NCBI GenBank assembly: GCA_003551845.1
Contig: PUNQ01000064.1
Span: 10,649 to 74,648 of the forward strand
Length of the DNA stretch: 64,000 nt
Origin: Candidatus Nealsonbacteria bacterium
Lineage (GTDB): Bacteria > Patescibacteriota > Minisyncoccia > Minisyncoccales > PWPS01
Reading direction: 5' to 3'
The translations under genes were made by a program, and so were the position numbers. Under the pieces are notes generated by a model that did not search any database, was not told where the DNA came from, and was given only the letters and a program-made list of their open reading frames with translations. Shown here piece by piece: positions 40,472 through 50,330 of the stretch (position 1 is its first letter; the number at the start of each line of letters is the position of its first letter).

Positions 40472-43300
40472 ATGGATTTTTCAAAAATGGAAGAAGAGAT
40501 ATTGGATTTTTGGAACAAGGAAGATATATTCGAAAAAACTCTGGAAATCAGGCAAGATGCCGATCTTTTCAGTTTTTATGACGGACCCCCTTTCGCTACC
40601 GGGAAGCCGCATTACGGGCATATTCTGGCAAGCACGATAAAGGACAGTGTTCTCAGGTACAAGACGATGAGAGGATACAAGGTGCCGAGAAGAGTCGGAT
40701 GGGACTGCCACGGACTTCCGGTTGAGAATTTGATTGAAAAAGAGATCGACGTAAACAGTAAGAGAGAGATTGAAGAGGAGGTGGGAATTGAAAAGTTCAA
40801 TAAAAAATGCAAGGACTCCGTTTTCAGATGCGTTGATGATTTTAAGGAGGCTCTTACTCGTGTCGGTAGATGGGCCGATTATGAAAATGACTATTCAACG
40901 ATGGACAAAGAATATACCGAGTCGGTCTGGTGGGTTTTTAAGAAGCTATGGGATAAAAAATTAATTTACAAGGATTACAGGATTTCTCCCTATTGTCCCC
41001 GGTGTGGAACTCCGATTTCCAACTTTGAGGTCAATCAGGGATACGAGATGACGACCGATCCTTCCGTTTTTGTAAAAATGAAGGTGAGGATCGGCAAACT
41101 GAAAGGAGCTCATCTTTTGGCTTGGACGACTACTCCGTGGACTTTACCCGGAAATGTAGCGTTGGTTGTTGATGAGGAATTTGATTATGTGCTCGTAAAG
41201 GTGAAAAATGAAAAATTGATTTTGGCGGAAAAGAGACTGGAAATTTTGGAAGAGGATTTTAAGATTGAAGAAAAGCTGAAAGGGAAAGATTTAATCGGCT
41301 TGGAATACGAACCACCTTACGACCATATGAAAAAAGCGAAACCGGAGGGAATTGAAAATTCATTCAAGGTTTATTCGGCGGATTTTGTTACTTTGGAAGA
41401 AGGAACGGGCATAGTTCATACGGCGGTAATGTACGGAGAAGATGATTTTCAATTGGGAAAGGAGAAAAACCTCCCCTTCTTCCATCTGGTGGATGAGGAA
41501 GGAAAATTCAATGAATATGCCGGAGATTTCAAAGAGATGTTCGTAAAAAAGGCTGATAATAAAATTTTAGAGGACCTGGAAGAAAGAGATCTTCTGTATA
41601 AAAAAGAGGATTATAATCACAGCTACCCATTTTGTTGGCGATGCGACACTCCTTTGCTTTATTACGCTTTTGAAAGCTGGTATGTGAAGGTAACTTCCTT
41701 TAAGGATGAGCTGATAGAAAATAATAAAAAAATTCATTGGGTTCCGGAACACCTGAAAGACGGAAGATTCGGAAACTGGCTGGAGGGGGCCAAAGACTGG
41801 TCGGTTTCCAGGAACAGATTTTGGGGGGCTCCGATTCCGGTTTGGGAGTGTGAAGATTGTGATCGGGTCAAAGTCGTAGGAAGCGTGGAAGAATTGGAAG
41901 ACGAACCTGAAGATTTGCACCGCCCCCACATAGACGAGGTCGTTTTTGATTGTGAGTGCGGAGAAGAGATGAAGAGAGTGGAAGAAGTTTTTGATTGCTG
42001 GTTCGAGTCCGGATCGATGCCGTACGCGCAAAGACATTACCCCTTCGAGGACAAGGAAAAGACGGAAGAAGCTTTTCCGGCCGACTTCATAGCTGAAGGA
42101 ATGGATCAAACCAGGGGCTGGTTTTACACTTTACATGTTTTAGCGACGGCACTTACCCTTGAAGATGTGGGGCTGGGAGAGGGAAATCCGGCTTACAAAA
42201 ACGTGATTGCCAACGGACTTTTATTGGATGAGACGGGGAAAAAGCTCTCCAAAAGACTCAGAAATTATCCGGAGATGGATCATATATTCGATAATTACGG
42301 AGCCGATTCCCTGCGCTTCTTCTTACTTTCTTCCACCAAGGTTGGAGAGGACTATCGATTTTCAGAAGAAAGAGTCAAAGAGACAAACAGAAAAGTTATT
42401 TCCACTTTGTGGCACAGTTATCGTTTTTTCAATACTTATGTTGAAAAAGATGAATTAACCGACAAGCTTGAGGTCCGAAATTCGCTGAATAAGTGGATCT
42501 TGTCAAAAGTCAATCGTGTTAACAAACTGATTATAGAAGAAATGGATGATTATAAGTTAACCCAATCTTCCCGTTTGATTGAAGAGCTGATAGACGATTT
42601 ATCGAATTGGTATATCAGAAGGTCGAGAAGAAACCTGCAAAAGCCGGAATCGAAGAAGGAAAAGGAGGAGTTCGCAAAGACATTTCATTATTGTTTGGTC
42701 AAAATAGCCAAAATGATGGCTCCGTACTCTCCTTTCATTGCCGACAAGCTCTTCAAAGAGCTTACCGGAAAAGAATCGGTACACTTGGCGGATTATCCCG
42801 AGCCGGAAGAAAAGTATTTGGACGAAGAGTTGGAAAAAAAGATGGAGACGGCGAGAGACTTGGCTCAGAAGGCGCTTTCCAAGAGAGCGGAAGCGGGAAT
42901 AAAGGTCAGACAACCCCTCTCAAAGCTGATAGTAACGGAAAAATTGGACAAGCATATAGCCGATATATTGAAAAAGGAGATCAATGTTAAAGAGGTCGTT
43001 TCAGGAAAGAGGTTTGAATTGATTACCGAGATTGATTCCGAATTGAAAAAAGAAGGAATGGCCAGAGAAACGGTTCGTCGGGGTCAGCACTTGAGAAAAA
43101 AAGCGGGACTTACTCCCGATGACAAAATAAAGCTTTACTACAGGGGAGATTTCAAAGATTTCTTCAGTGAAAATGAGAAATACTTCAAGAAAGAAACTTC
43201 CGCTGAAAAAATAGAAGAGATGGGAAAAGATCACCCCGAATGGACCAAGGAAATTGAAATTGACGATCGAAAGTTGATTTTGGGATTGGAAAAGGTATAA
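40472..43300 (+). CDS. ileS: Isoleucyl-tRNA synthetase
   Basis: 942 aa. PPFATGKPHYGHIL (HIGH). GWDCHGLP. TTPWTLPGN editing domain. GKKLSKRL (KMSKS). Confidence 0.92.
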   Translation: MDFSKMEEEILDFWNKEDIFEKTLEIRQDADLFSFYDGPPFATGKPHYGHILASTIKDSVLRYKTMRGYKVPRRVGWDCHGLPVENLIEKEIDVNSKREIEEEVGIEKFNKKCKDSVFRCVDDFKEALTRVGRWADYENDYSTMDKEYTESVWWVFKKLWDKKLIYKDYRISPYCPRCGTPISNFEVNQGYEMTTDPSVFVKMKVRIGKLKGAHLLAWTTTPWTLPGNVALVVDEEFDYVLVKVKNEKLILAEKRLEILEEDFKIEEKLKGKDLIGLEYEPPYDHMKKAKPEGIENSFKVYSADFVTLEEGTGIVHTAVMYGEDDFQLGKEKNLPFFHLVDEEGKFNEYAGDFKEMFVKKADNKILEDLEERDLLYKKEDYNHSYPFCWRCDTPLLYYAFESWYVKVTSFKDELIENNKKIHWVPEHLKDGRFGNWLEGAKDWSVSRNRFWGAPIPVWECEDCDRVKVVGSVEELEDEPEDLHRPHIDEVVFDCECGEEMKRVEEVFDCWFESGSMPYAQRHYPFEDKEKTEEAFPADFIAEGMDQTRGWFYTLHVLATALTLEDVGLGEGNPAYKNVIANGLLLDETGKKLSKRLRNYPEMDHIFDNYGADSLRFFLLSSTKVGEDYRFSEERVKETNRKVISTLWHSYRFFNTYVEKDELTDKLEVRNSLNKWILSKVNRVNKLIIEEMDDYKLTQSSRLIEELIDDLSNWYIRRSRRNLQKPESKKEKEEFAKTFHYCLVKIAKMMAPYSPFIADKLFKELTGKESVHLADYPEPEEKYLDEELEKKMETARDLAQKALSKRAEAGIKVRQPLSKLIVTEKLDKHIADILKKEINVKEVVSGKRFELITEIDSELKKEGMARETVRRGQHLRKKAGLTPDDKIKLYYRGDFKDFFSENEKYFKKETSAEKIEEMGKDHPEWTKEIEIDDRKLILGLEKV

Positions 43301-43313
43301 ATTTCGGCTGAAA

Positions 43314-44048
43314 ATGTTTACCCGTTACAGAACAAAAGGAATTTTTATCAAGAAGATTAAAAAGTTTGAAGCTGACGAGTATCTGATCGCCTACACCGAG
43401 GACTTCGGTAAAATAGGACTAACCGGTAAATCGATAAGAAAGATAAAATCCAAGCTGAGTTCGGGATCGAGACTTTTTTGTTTCTCCAATATAGAATTCG
43501 TTAGGGGTCGCCATTACAACATTTTAACCGATGTGGAGCTGATCAGCAGTTTTCCGGAGATAAGAAATGATTTGAGCAAGCTGTCCGTCGCTTTCAGGAT
43601 GACTTCTTTAATCGGATCTTTTTTAACCGAAGAGGAGAAAGATGATATTCTTTGGCAGTTTATCGAACGGAGCTTTTTTCTTCTTGAGGATTACTCATTC
43701 GGAAGCAATCCGTCCTTAAAAAAGAAGAGAATCAGAAGGTTTTATTATTATTTCGCTTTTAAATTTTTGGAAATTTTGGGATACAAGCCGGAGGTCGGAG
43801 AGTGCGTAGTCGATAAAAAGAGAAAAACGACGGCTTTCAGTCCGCGGGAAGGGGGGCTGGTTTGTCGGCTCTGTGCTCAAAAAATAAAAGATCCGTTGCA
43901 GGTAAAGATGAAAGAAGAAGATAGAATATTTTTAAAAGCGATTTCGGAGAAAAAGTTTGAAAACTTTTTAAAAGAAGAGCTCGAGTTTTCTGAAATGGGT
44001 CAAGTTTTAAAAAATTATATAACTCTCCTTCCCTCGGGCATGTCTTGA
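43314..44048 (+). CDS. recO: DNA repair protein RecO
   Basis: 244 aa. N-terminal OB-like region (GIFIKKIKKFEADEYLIAYTEDFGKI). Zn-finger-like CVVDKK...VCRLC. Confidence 0.65.
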   Translation: MFTRYRTKGIFIKKIKKFEADEYLIAYTEDFGKIGLTGKSIRKIKSKLSSGSRLFCFSNIEFVRGRHYNILTDVELISSFPEIRNDLSKLSVAFRMTSLIGSFLTEEEKDDILWQFIERSFFLLEDYSFGSNPSLKKKRIRRFYYYFAFKFLEILGYKPEVGECVVDKKRKTTAFSPREGGLVCRLCAQKIKDPLQVKMKEEDRIFLKAISEKKFENFLKEELEFSEMGQVLKNYITLLPSGMS

Positions 44049-44116
44049 AGTCAGTAGTCGGGTCTGTTAGAATAAAAGATAGAAAATAACAAAATAACAA
44101 TCAGAGACCAGAAAAC

Positions 44117-45883
44117 ATGAGAAATATTTTAAAAAAGACAGCATTCTTTATTTTTTTATCGGCTTTTGTTGCCGTAGCTGTAGCTTTCTTTTATTTCGAC
44201 CGGACAAGCTTTGATGAATCCGATCTCAGACTCGAAATAATAGGCCCGGAAGAAGTCAGTGTGGGTGAAGAGATGGAATACAGAGTCCGCTACAGAAACA
44301 ATAGTGACATTCGTTTGGAAAACGTTTCCGTAATTTTTGAATATCCGGAGACCTCCGTTCCCCTTGAAAGAGAAGAGGATGAAATTATTGAAGGAAGTGA
44401 TAATTTCAGGAAAAGAAAAGAATTGCCCGATATAAATCCGGGACAAGAAGAAATTATCGATTTCAGCGCTCGAGCTTTTGGTGAAAAAGGAGATGCCGTA
44501 GAAGCTTCGGCTTGGTTCAGCTATTCTCCGCAAAATTTGTCCGCAAATTATGAAATTTCAAGAAGTCACACGGGAATAATTACCGAGGTTCCTTTGACTT
44601 TGGAATTTGTTAGTGGTGATTCTTTTGACGGATCCTTTCCTGACAGAGTTGAGGCTGGCCAGGATTTTTCTTTCGGTCTCTATATTTTTTCCGATTTGGA
44701 TTATGACATAGGTGATTTGGGACTGAGAGCCACTTATCCGTCCGGATTCGAATTTATTTCCAGTAGTCCGGAAGGAATAGAAGATAATGAATGGGAAATA
44801 GAGAGCTTGGGGAGCAGGAACGGAACGGGCGTCACCGTTTCCGGAATATTGGAAGGGGAACCGGGTGATACCAGAGGTTTTCAAGCCGAACTCGGTGTTT
44901 GGAGAAGAGATCGTTTCATACCGATTAAAAGAGTTGAAGATAGAATATTAATACCCAGTAGAGAATTTTTCATGGACGTGGTTGTCAACGATGATCCGGA
45001 TTACGTAGCCGATCCCGGAGACGATCTTCTTTATGATATCTATTTTAAAAATTTGGGAGAAGAAACGATTGAAAATTTATTTTTAAGAGTAGATTTGGAT
45101 ACGGATATGATTGATGAGGAGCGACTGGAGACGATGCAGGGCATGCTTAGAGGAGATACCATAATTTGGAATCATTCTTCTACATCTCAGCTGAGAAGAT
45201 TGGGTCCGGAAGAAGAGGAAAAGGTTTCTTTTATGATGGGAATCAAGGAAGATGATTTGGGATACAATCCCGAAATCAGGATTTCAGCGGAGATGAACCA
45301 AGCAAGAAGAACAATTCAAACCAAAGTGAATACGGATTTGGAAATCATGCAGAACTTTATGGGTGAAGATGATCCGTTCAGGTCTTCCGGGCCTTTGCCC
45401 TTGAATATGAACCAGACCTCAACTTATACAATTTCTTGGGAAGTCGGAAGCTCTTTCAATGATGTTGAAGATGTGGAAGTTAATGCCGAGCTCCCCGAAG
45501 GGGCAACGATTATAAATAGTGACTATCCCGAGGAAACCGAATTTGAATTCGATTCGGAAACCGGAGAAATCATTTGGAAGCTGGAAAGTCTGGAAAGAGG
45601 AACGGGAATCTCACGGAGTGCTCCGAAAGCTAATTTTCAAGTGGAATTCACCCCCGACTTTTCCGTCGAAGGAGACACGGAACTTATCTCCGAAGCGGTA
45701 ATTAGAGGAACGGATACATGGACCGATAGGGAGCTGGAAAAGGAGTCGGGATCATTACTGCACGGAGACTTATTGGGAATTTTCGAAATAGGGATTGATG
45801 ATGAAGTTGAAGAAATTGAATTTGAAGAAGAAAATCAAGAGGAAGACGATGAGGATGATCCGGATGAAGATGAGAATAATTAA
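44117..45883 (+). CDS. Membrane-anchored protein with repeated beta-sandwich (DUF11/CARDB-like) segments and an acidic tail
   Basis: N-terminal TM. Recurring ..G(E/D)...Y.(V/I).(Y/F).N.(S/G).. strands. C-terminal EEIEFEEENQEEDDEDDPDEDENN. Confidence 0.35.
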   Translation: MRNILKKTAFFIFLSAFVAVAVAFFYFDRTSFDESDLRLEIIGPEEVSVGEEMEYRVRYRNNSDIRLENVSVIFEYPETSVPLEREEDEIIEGSDNFRKRKELPDINPGQEEIIDFSARAFGEKGDAVEASAWFSYSPQNLSANYEISRSHTGIITEVPLTLEFVSGDSFDGSFPDRVEAGQDFSFGLYIFSDLDYDIGDLGLRATYPSGFEFISSSPEGIEDNEWEIESLGSRNGTGVTVSGILEGEPGDTRGFQAELGVWRRDRFIPIKRVEDRILIPSREFFMDVVVNDDPDYVADPGDDLLYDIYFKNLGEETIENLFLRVDLDTDMIDEERLETMQGMLRGDTIIWNHSSTSQLRRLGPEEEEKVSFMMGIKEDDLGYNPEIRISAEMNQARRTIQTKVNTDLEIMQNFMGEDDPFRSSGPLPLNMNQTSTYTISWEVGSSFNDVEDVEVNAELPEGATIINSDYPEETEFEFDSETGEIIWKLESLERGTGISRSAPKANFQVEFTPDFSVEGDTELISEAVIRGTDTWTDRELEKESGSLLHGDLLGIFEIGIDDEVEEIEFEEENQEEDDEDDPDEDENN

Positions 45884-45905
45884 CAAGAACTAAAATTATC
45901 AAATT

Positions 45906-47246
45906 ATGAAAAAGTCAATTAAAAAAATAACCGCTCTAACGAAGCGCAAGGGTTTTGTTTATCCGTCATCTCTGATTTATGGTGGATTCAGTTCCACTTA
46001 TGACTTCGGTCCGCGCGGTGTAGCTTTGAAAAACAACCTGAAAAACGAGTGGTGGAAAGAGATGACGAGATGTCAGGATGACGTGGTCGGTTTGGATTCT
46101 TCAATAATAATGAATCCGAAAATCTGGCAGGCTTCGGGACATCTTTCCAAGGGTTTTGCCGACAAGCTCAGTGAATGCAAAGATTGCCATAAAAGATTCA
46201 AGGATCTGGAGGAGGACGGAAAGAGTACCGAAAAATGCCCGGATTGCGGAGGAGATCTGATGGAACCCAGAGATTTTAATTTGATGATGAAAACTTTTGT
46301 CGGCCCGGTTGAAGATGATGCAACTACCGCTTACCTCAGAGCTGAAACATGTCAGGGAATATTCGTTAATTTTAAAAACGTCATGGATTCGATGAGAGTT
46401 GATTTGCCTTTCGGCATCGCTCAAATCGGTAAATCCTTCAGAAACGAGATTACTCCCGGAAACTTCATCTTCAGGATGAGAGAGTTTGAACAAATGGAGA
46501 TGCAATGGTTTTGCAATAAGAAAGAGGCCGATGAATTTTTTGAGTTCTGGCTGAAGCAGAGACTTGAGTGGTATGAAAAAATGGGAATTGATATGGAAAA
46601 GATAAGAAAAAATGAAATCGGTGAAGACGAAAGAGCTCACTACGCTCGCAGGCAAGTGGATATCGAATACAAGTTCCCCTTCGGATGGGGAGAGATAGAA
46701 GGAATTCATAATCGGGGAGACTGGGATCTTTCGAACCACTCAAAGCACAGCGATGAAGATTTAATGGTGGATGGTGATTATCCGTGGGTGATAGAAACTT
46801 CCATAGGTGTAGAAAGGTCATTTTTAGCTTTTTTGGTTGATTCTTATGAGGAGCTGGAAAGTGGACGAAGTAATGATGCGGAATCGAAAGAAGTGGTTTT
46901 AAAGCTCGATCCCAAGCTGTCTCCGACTAAAGTTGCCGTGTTTCCTCTTCTGAAAAACAAAAAGAAGCTCACGAAAAAAGCCAAACTAATCTTTGAGGAA
47001 ATAAAAAAAGAATTTGATGCCGTTTACGATGAAACGGGATCGATAGGAAAAAGATACAGAAGGCAGGACGAGGTCGGCACACCTCTTTGTGTAACGGTTG
47101 ATTTTGACAGCCTTGAAGATGACTCCGTTACGGTTAGGGAAAGAGACAGCATGGAGCAAATAAGAGTGAGCGAAAAAGAGTTGAAAAAGGTGGTGCGACG
47201 ATTTATGGAAGGAGAAGAATTCGGCAAGTTGGGAAAAAAAGCTTGA
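45906..47246 (+). CDS. glyQS: Glycyl-tRNA synthetase (alpha2 type)
   Basis: KRKGFVYPSSLIYGGFSSTYDFGPRGVALKNNLKNEWWK. FRNEITPGNFIFRMREFEQME (motif 2). Zn-ribbon-like CKDCH..CPDCG insertion. Confidence 0.9.
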   Translation: MKKSIKKITALTKRKGFVYPSSLIYGGFSSTYDFGPRGVALKNNLKNEWWKEMTRCQDDVVGLDSSIIMNPKIWQASGHLSKGFADKLSECKDCHKRFKDLEEDGKSTEKCPDCGGDLMEPRDFNLMMKTFVGPVEDDATTAYLRAETCQGIFVNFKNVMDSMRVDLPFGIAQIGKSFRNEITPGNFIFRMREFEQMEMQWFCNKKEADEFFEFWLKQRLEWYEKMGIDMEKIRKNEIGEDERAHYARRQVDIEYKFPFGWGEIEGIHNRGDWDLSNHSKHSDEDLMVDGDYPWVIETSIGVERSFLAFLVDSYEELESGRSNDAESKEVVLKLDPKLSPTKVAVFPLLKNKKKLTKKAKLIFEEIKKEFDAVYDETGSIGKRYRRQDEVGTPLCVTVDFDSLEDDSVTVRERDSMEQIRVSEKELKKVVRRFMEGEEFGKLGKKA

Positions 47247-47270
47247 AGATCTTGAAAGAGTTCAGCAAAT

Positions 47271-47300
47271 AAAAAACCGCCTCTTCGGGGGCGGTTTTTA
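47271..47300. terminator. Bidirectional intrinsic terminator between convergent glyQS and the GT2 gene
   Basis: aaaaaa-CCGCCTC-TTCG-GGGGCGG-ttttta: UUCG tetraloop with an A-run on one side and a T-run on the other. Confidence 0.7.
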
Positions 47301-48212
47301 ATTTTTAATTATCTCTTCTATTTCATATTCCGGTGAATAAGTATAGTATCTTTTTTTATTGAATTCGGTAATTACTTCAAGAACAAGCAAGCTGACCGAA
47401 AAAAGAATTAAGAGATATATGATTATTGAATTCTGATAGTACAAAAAAATAACTGAAAAAATCAAAATTGTCGCGGAGAAAATGAAAGCCTTGATAGTAA
47501 ACAATTTTTTTTCCGCTGTTTTTATTTTCCAAACGGTTATAAAACCCATCATGCCCGGAATATATTTAAAGACATTATATTTCGTTTTTCCGGTGGTTCT
47601 GGGACGATGTTTGGTTTCGATTTCTCCGATATTTTTTCCCTTAATGATTAGTAGTGCGGGGATGAATCGATGCAATCCGTCGAATAGATTAATACCTTTC
47701 AATGCCGATTTTTTAAATATTTTCAAAGTGCATCCACTGTCTTTTGTTTTATCTTTCAGTATTATATTTCTCAATTTGGAAGCTATTAAGGCGAATATCA
47801 CCTTACTTTTTTTATCTTTTCTGTTTTTTCTCCATCCGCAGACGGCATCTAAATTTTCATCTTTCAATTTGGCAAACATTCGCGGTATTTCATTCGGATC
47901 ATTTTGTCCGTCACCGTCTATCGTTATTATGTAATCTCCGGAGGCATAATTGATTCCGGCGTCAAGTGCCGTGGATTGACCGTGGTTTTTATCCAAAATA
48001 ATTAATGTAGATCTTTCTCTCTTTTTAACTTCTTCCCGTGTTGAATCTTCAGAGCCGTCATCAACAATTATGAGCTCCAGCTCTTCGCCCCATTCGGAGA
48101 AAACTTCTTTAATTTCATCCATCAACCCACCTATGGCATCTTCTTCGTTGTATGCGGGTATAACGACGGAGAACAGTCTTTTTTCTGCCATATTACTTTC
48201 CCCCTTTTTCAT
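47298..48212 (-). CDS. GT2-family polyprenol-phosphate glycosyltransferase (GtrB/ArnC/DPM1-like) with C-terminal TM helices
   Basis: FSVVIPAYNEEDAIG. IIVDDGSEDST. TIDGDGQNDP (DxD). Two C-terminal TM segments. The true start may be the internal MAEKRLF. Confidence 0.75.
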   Translation of the reverse strand: MKKGESNMAEKRLFSVVIPAYNEEDAIGGLMDEIKEVFSEWGEELELIIVDDGSEDSTREEVKKRERSTLIILDKNHGQSTALDAGINYASGDYIITIDGDGQNDPNEIPRMFAKLKDENLDAVCGWRKNRKDKKSKVIFALIASKLRNIILKDKTKDSGCTLKIFKKSALKGINLFDGLHRFIPALLIIKGKNIGEIETKHRPRTTGKTKYNVFKYIPGMMGFITVWKIKTAEKKLFTIKAFIFSATILIFSVIFLYYQNSIIIYLLILFSVSLLVLEVITEFNKKRYYTYSPEYEIEEIIKN

Positions 48213-48460
48213 AAATTGATTTTAATTTTTACAGTGATAATATTGAAGATTATTAATTATCCGAGGCTTGCATACATTAATTCCATTTTGCGAATTATAA
48301 AATTATTTTTATTTGATTACAACCGATGTTGCTTATAAAACCGTTACAAAAAGACTTATCGAGTTAAAAGTTATTGATTAAGTTGCTGATTTTGGTTATT
48401 GTAAAAAGTAAAGTGAGCGAGAAAAAGATTAATTAAAGCGATACCAATCAAGTTATTTTT

Positions 48461-50323
48461 ATGTGTGGGATAGCCGGTTATTTTGGAAAAGGAAGCAAAA
48501 AAAGTTTAGCCGACATGGTCGGAGAGATCGATTACAGAGGACCGGATGGAGTTTATTTTTACAAAGACAGAGATGTCGGAATAGCTCAAAACAGGCTGGC
48601 TATAGTCGGGTCGGATTATTCTTCGATAATTGCTAACGAGAATAAAAATGTTATTCTCGCCTGTAACGGAGAAATCTACAATTATAAAAAATTGAAAAGA
48701 AAACTCGATGGCCATGATTTTAAGACCGATACGGATACGGAAGTGATAGTTCATCTTTATGAGGAGTACGGAATTGATTTTTTAAAGATGATCCGGGGAA
48801 TGTTTTCTCTGGCTCTCTATGATAAAGAAAAAAAGAAACTTTTTTTGGCAAGAGACAAAACCGGACAAAAGTCGCTTTATTGGGGAGTTTTCGACGGGAC
48901 ACTTATTTTTTCTTCAGAACTAAAAGGGGTAGCACAACACCCTTCTTTCAAAAAAGAGATCGACTTAAGTGCATTCAACAAGTATCTACTTTATGAGTAT
49001 GTTCCCGCTCCGGATACGATAATTAAGGGTTTGAGAAAATTGACCGCCGGAAGCTATCTTTCTTATCAAAAAGGAAACATTACGGAGAAAAAGTATTGGG
49101 ATTATTCTTTTAACGATACTTATAAAGAATATTCAAAAAAAGAAATCTTAAAAAGGTTCGATGACGTCCTGGAAAAGAGTATCGACACGGTTTCTCCCTC
49201 CGGCAAGTTCGGTATTTTTTTAAGTGGAGGAATAGATAGCAGTACTCTTGTTTATTATTGTAAAAAATTAGGCAGAAATTTTGAAACCCTAACAGCTGAA
49301 TTTGAAGAGGAAAGTTTTAATGAGGCCGGTAGGGCGACTCGTATTGCGGAGTATTTTGATATAAAAAATCAAAAAATATCAATTACGCCCGAAAAAGTTA
49401 TAAAGTCATTTGATGATATTTATGAATTGCTGGACGAGCCTCAATCCAACATGACATTAATACCTTCTTATTTTTTATCGCTTAAAGCCAAAAGTAAGTT
49501 TAAAGTTTGCCTTGAGGGTAACGGTATTGATGAGTTGATGTGCGGGTATGGAACACTCACTGCCGAGAAAATTGTCGAATTCTACCTTAAATTCCCGAAT
49601 TTTTTTAGAGAAAATATCTTTCCCCGAATGGTTGACTTGTTGCCGACTTCCCGAAAATATTTCAGTCTTGATTTTAAAATTAAGAAATTCATAGATGGGG
49701 CCGATCCCGATCCGATAAAAAGGCATCATTACTGGTGCGGATCTTTCAATAGAAAGCAGCGCAAAAGATTAATGAAAAAAAATCTTCTAAAAAAAATTAA
49801 AATAGAAGATGATTTTTCGTCAATTGAAAAATACGGTGGAGAAGAAAATCCGGAAAAGATTAATCTGATAATTTATGATTATTTAAAAACTTATTTACCG
49901 GAGACCGTTTGCCCCAAAACGGATAGATCGGGAATGTATAATTCCGTTGAAGTTCGGCTTCCGTTTTTGGATGATGCGATAATTGATTTTACCTCTTGCT
50001 TGCCGGCTGAGTACAAGATGAAAAGATTGAAAGGGAAATTTTTGCTTGAAAATTTAATGGCTGACAGATTACCCGGAAGAATGGCCAAGGCTAACAAAAA
50101 AGGCTTCGGAGTTCCTATAGCTTATTGGATCGACAAAGAATTCAAGCCATTGATTTTGGAGCATTTATCTTCCGAAAAGATGAAAAAAAGCGATTTTTTT
50201 AATCACCTCGAAGTTGAAAAAATATTGAGTGCTCATTTTGAGAAAAAAGCGAACAATTATAAATTGATATGGACTCTGTTTGTTTTTCAGTATTGGCTGG
50301 AAAACGTCTACAAAAATCTTTAA
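48461..50323 (+). CDS. asnB: Asparagine synthase family glutamine amidotransferase (AsnB-like)
   Basis: MCGIAGYFG N-terminal Cys nucleophile. GIFLSGGIDSS PP-loop. Confidence 0.8.
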   Translation: MCGIAGYFGKGSKKSLADMVGEIDYRGPDGVYFYKDRDVGIAQNRLAIVGSDYSSIIANENKNVILACNGEIYNYKKLKRKLDGHDFKTDTDTEVIVHLYEEYGIDFLKMIRGMFSLALYDKEKKKLFLARDKTGQKSLYWGVFDGTLIFSSELKGVAQHPSFKKEIDLSAFNKYLLYEYVPAPDTIIKGLRKLTAGSYLSYQKGNITEKKYWDYSFNDTYKEYSKKEILKRFDDVLEKSIDTVSPSGKFGIFLSGGIDSSTLVYYCKKLGRNFETLTAEFEEESFNEAGRATRIAEYFDIKNQKISITPEKVIKSFDDIYELLDEPQSNMTLIPSYFLSLKAKSKFKVCLEGNGIDELMCGYGTLTAEKIVEFYLKFPNFFRENIFPRMVDLLPTSRKYFSLDFKIKKFIDGADPDPIKRHHYWCGSFNRKQRKRLMKKNLLKKIKIEDDFSSIEKYGGEENPEKINLIIYDYLKTYLPETVCPKTDRSGMYNSVEVRLPFLDDAIIDFTSCLPAEYKMKRLKGKFLLENLMADRLPGRMAKANKKGFGVPIAYWIDKEFKPLILEHLSSEKMKKSDFFNHLEVEKILSAHFEKKANNYKLIWTLFVFQYWLENVYKNL

Positions 50324-50330
50324 TCAATCT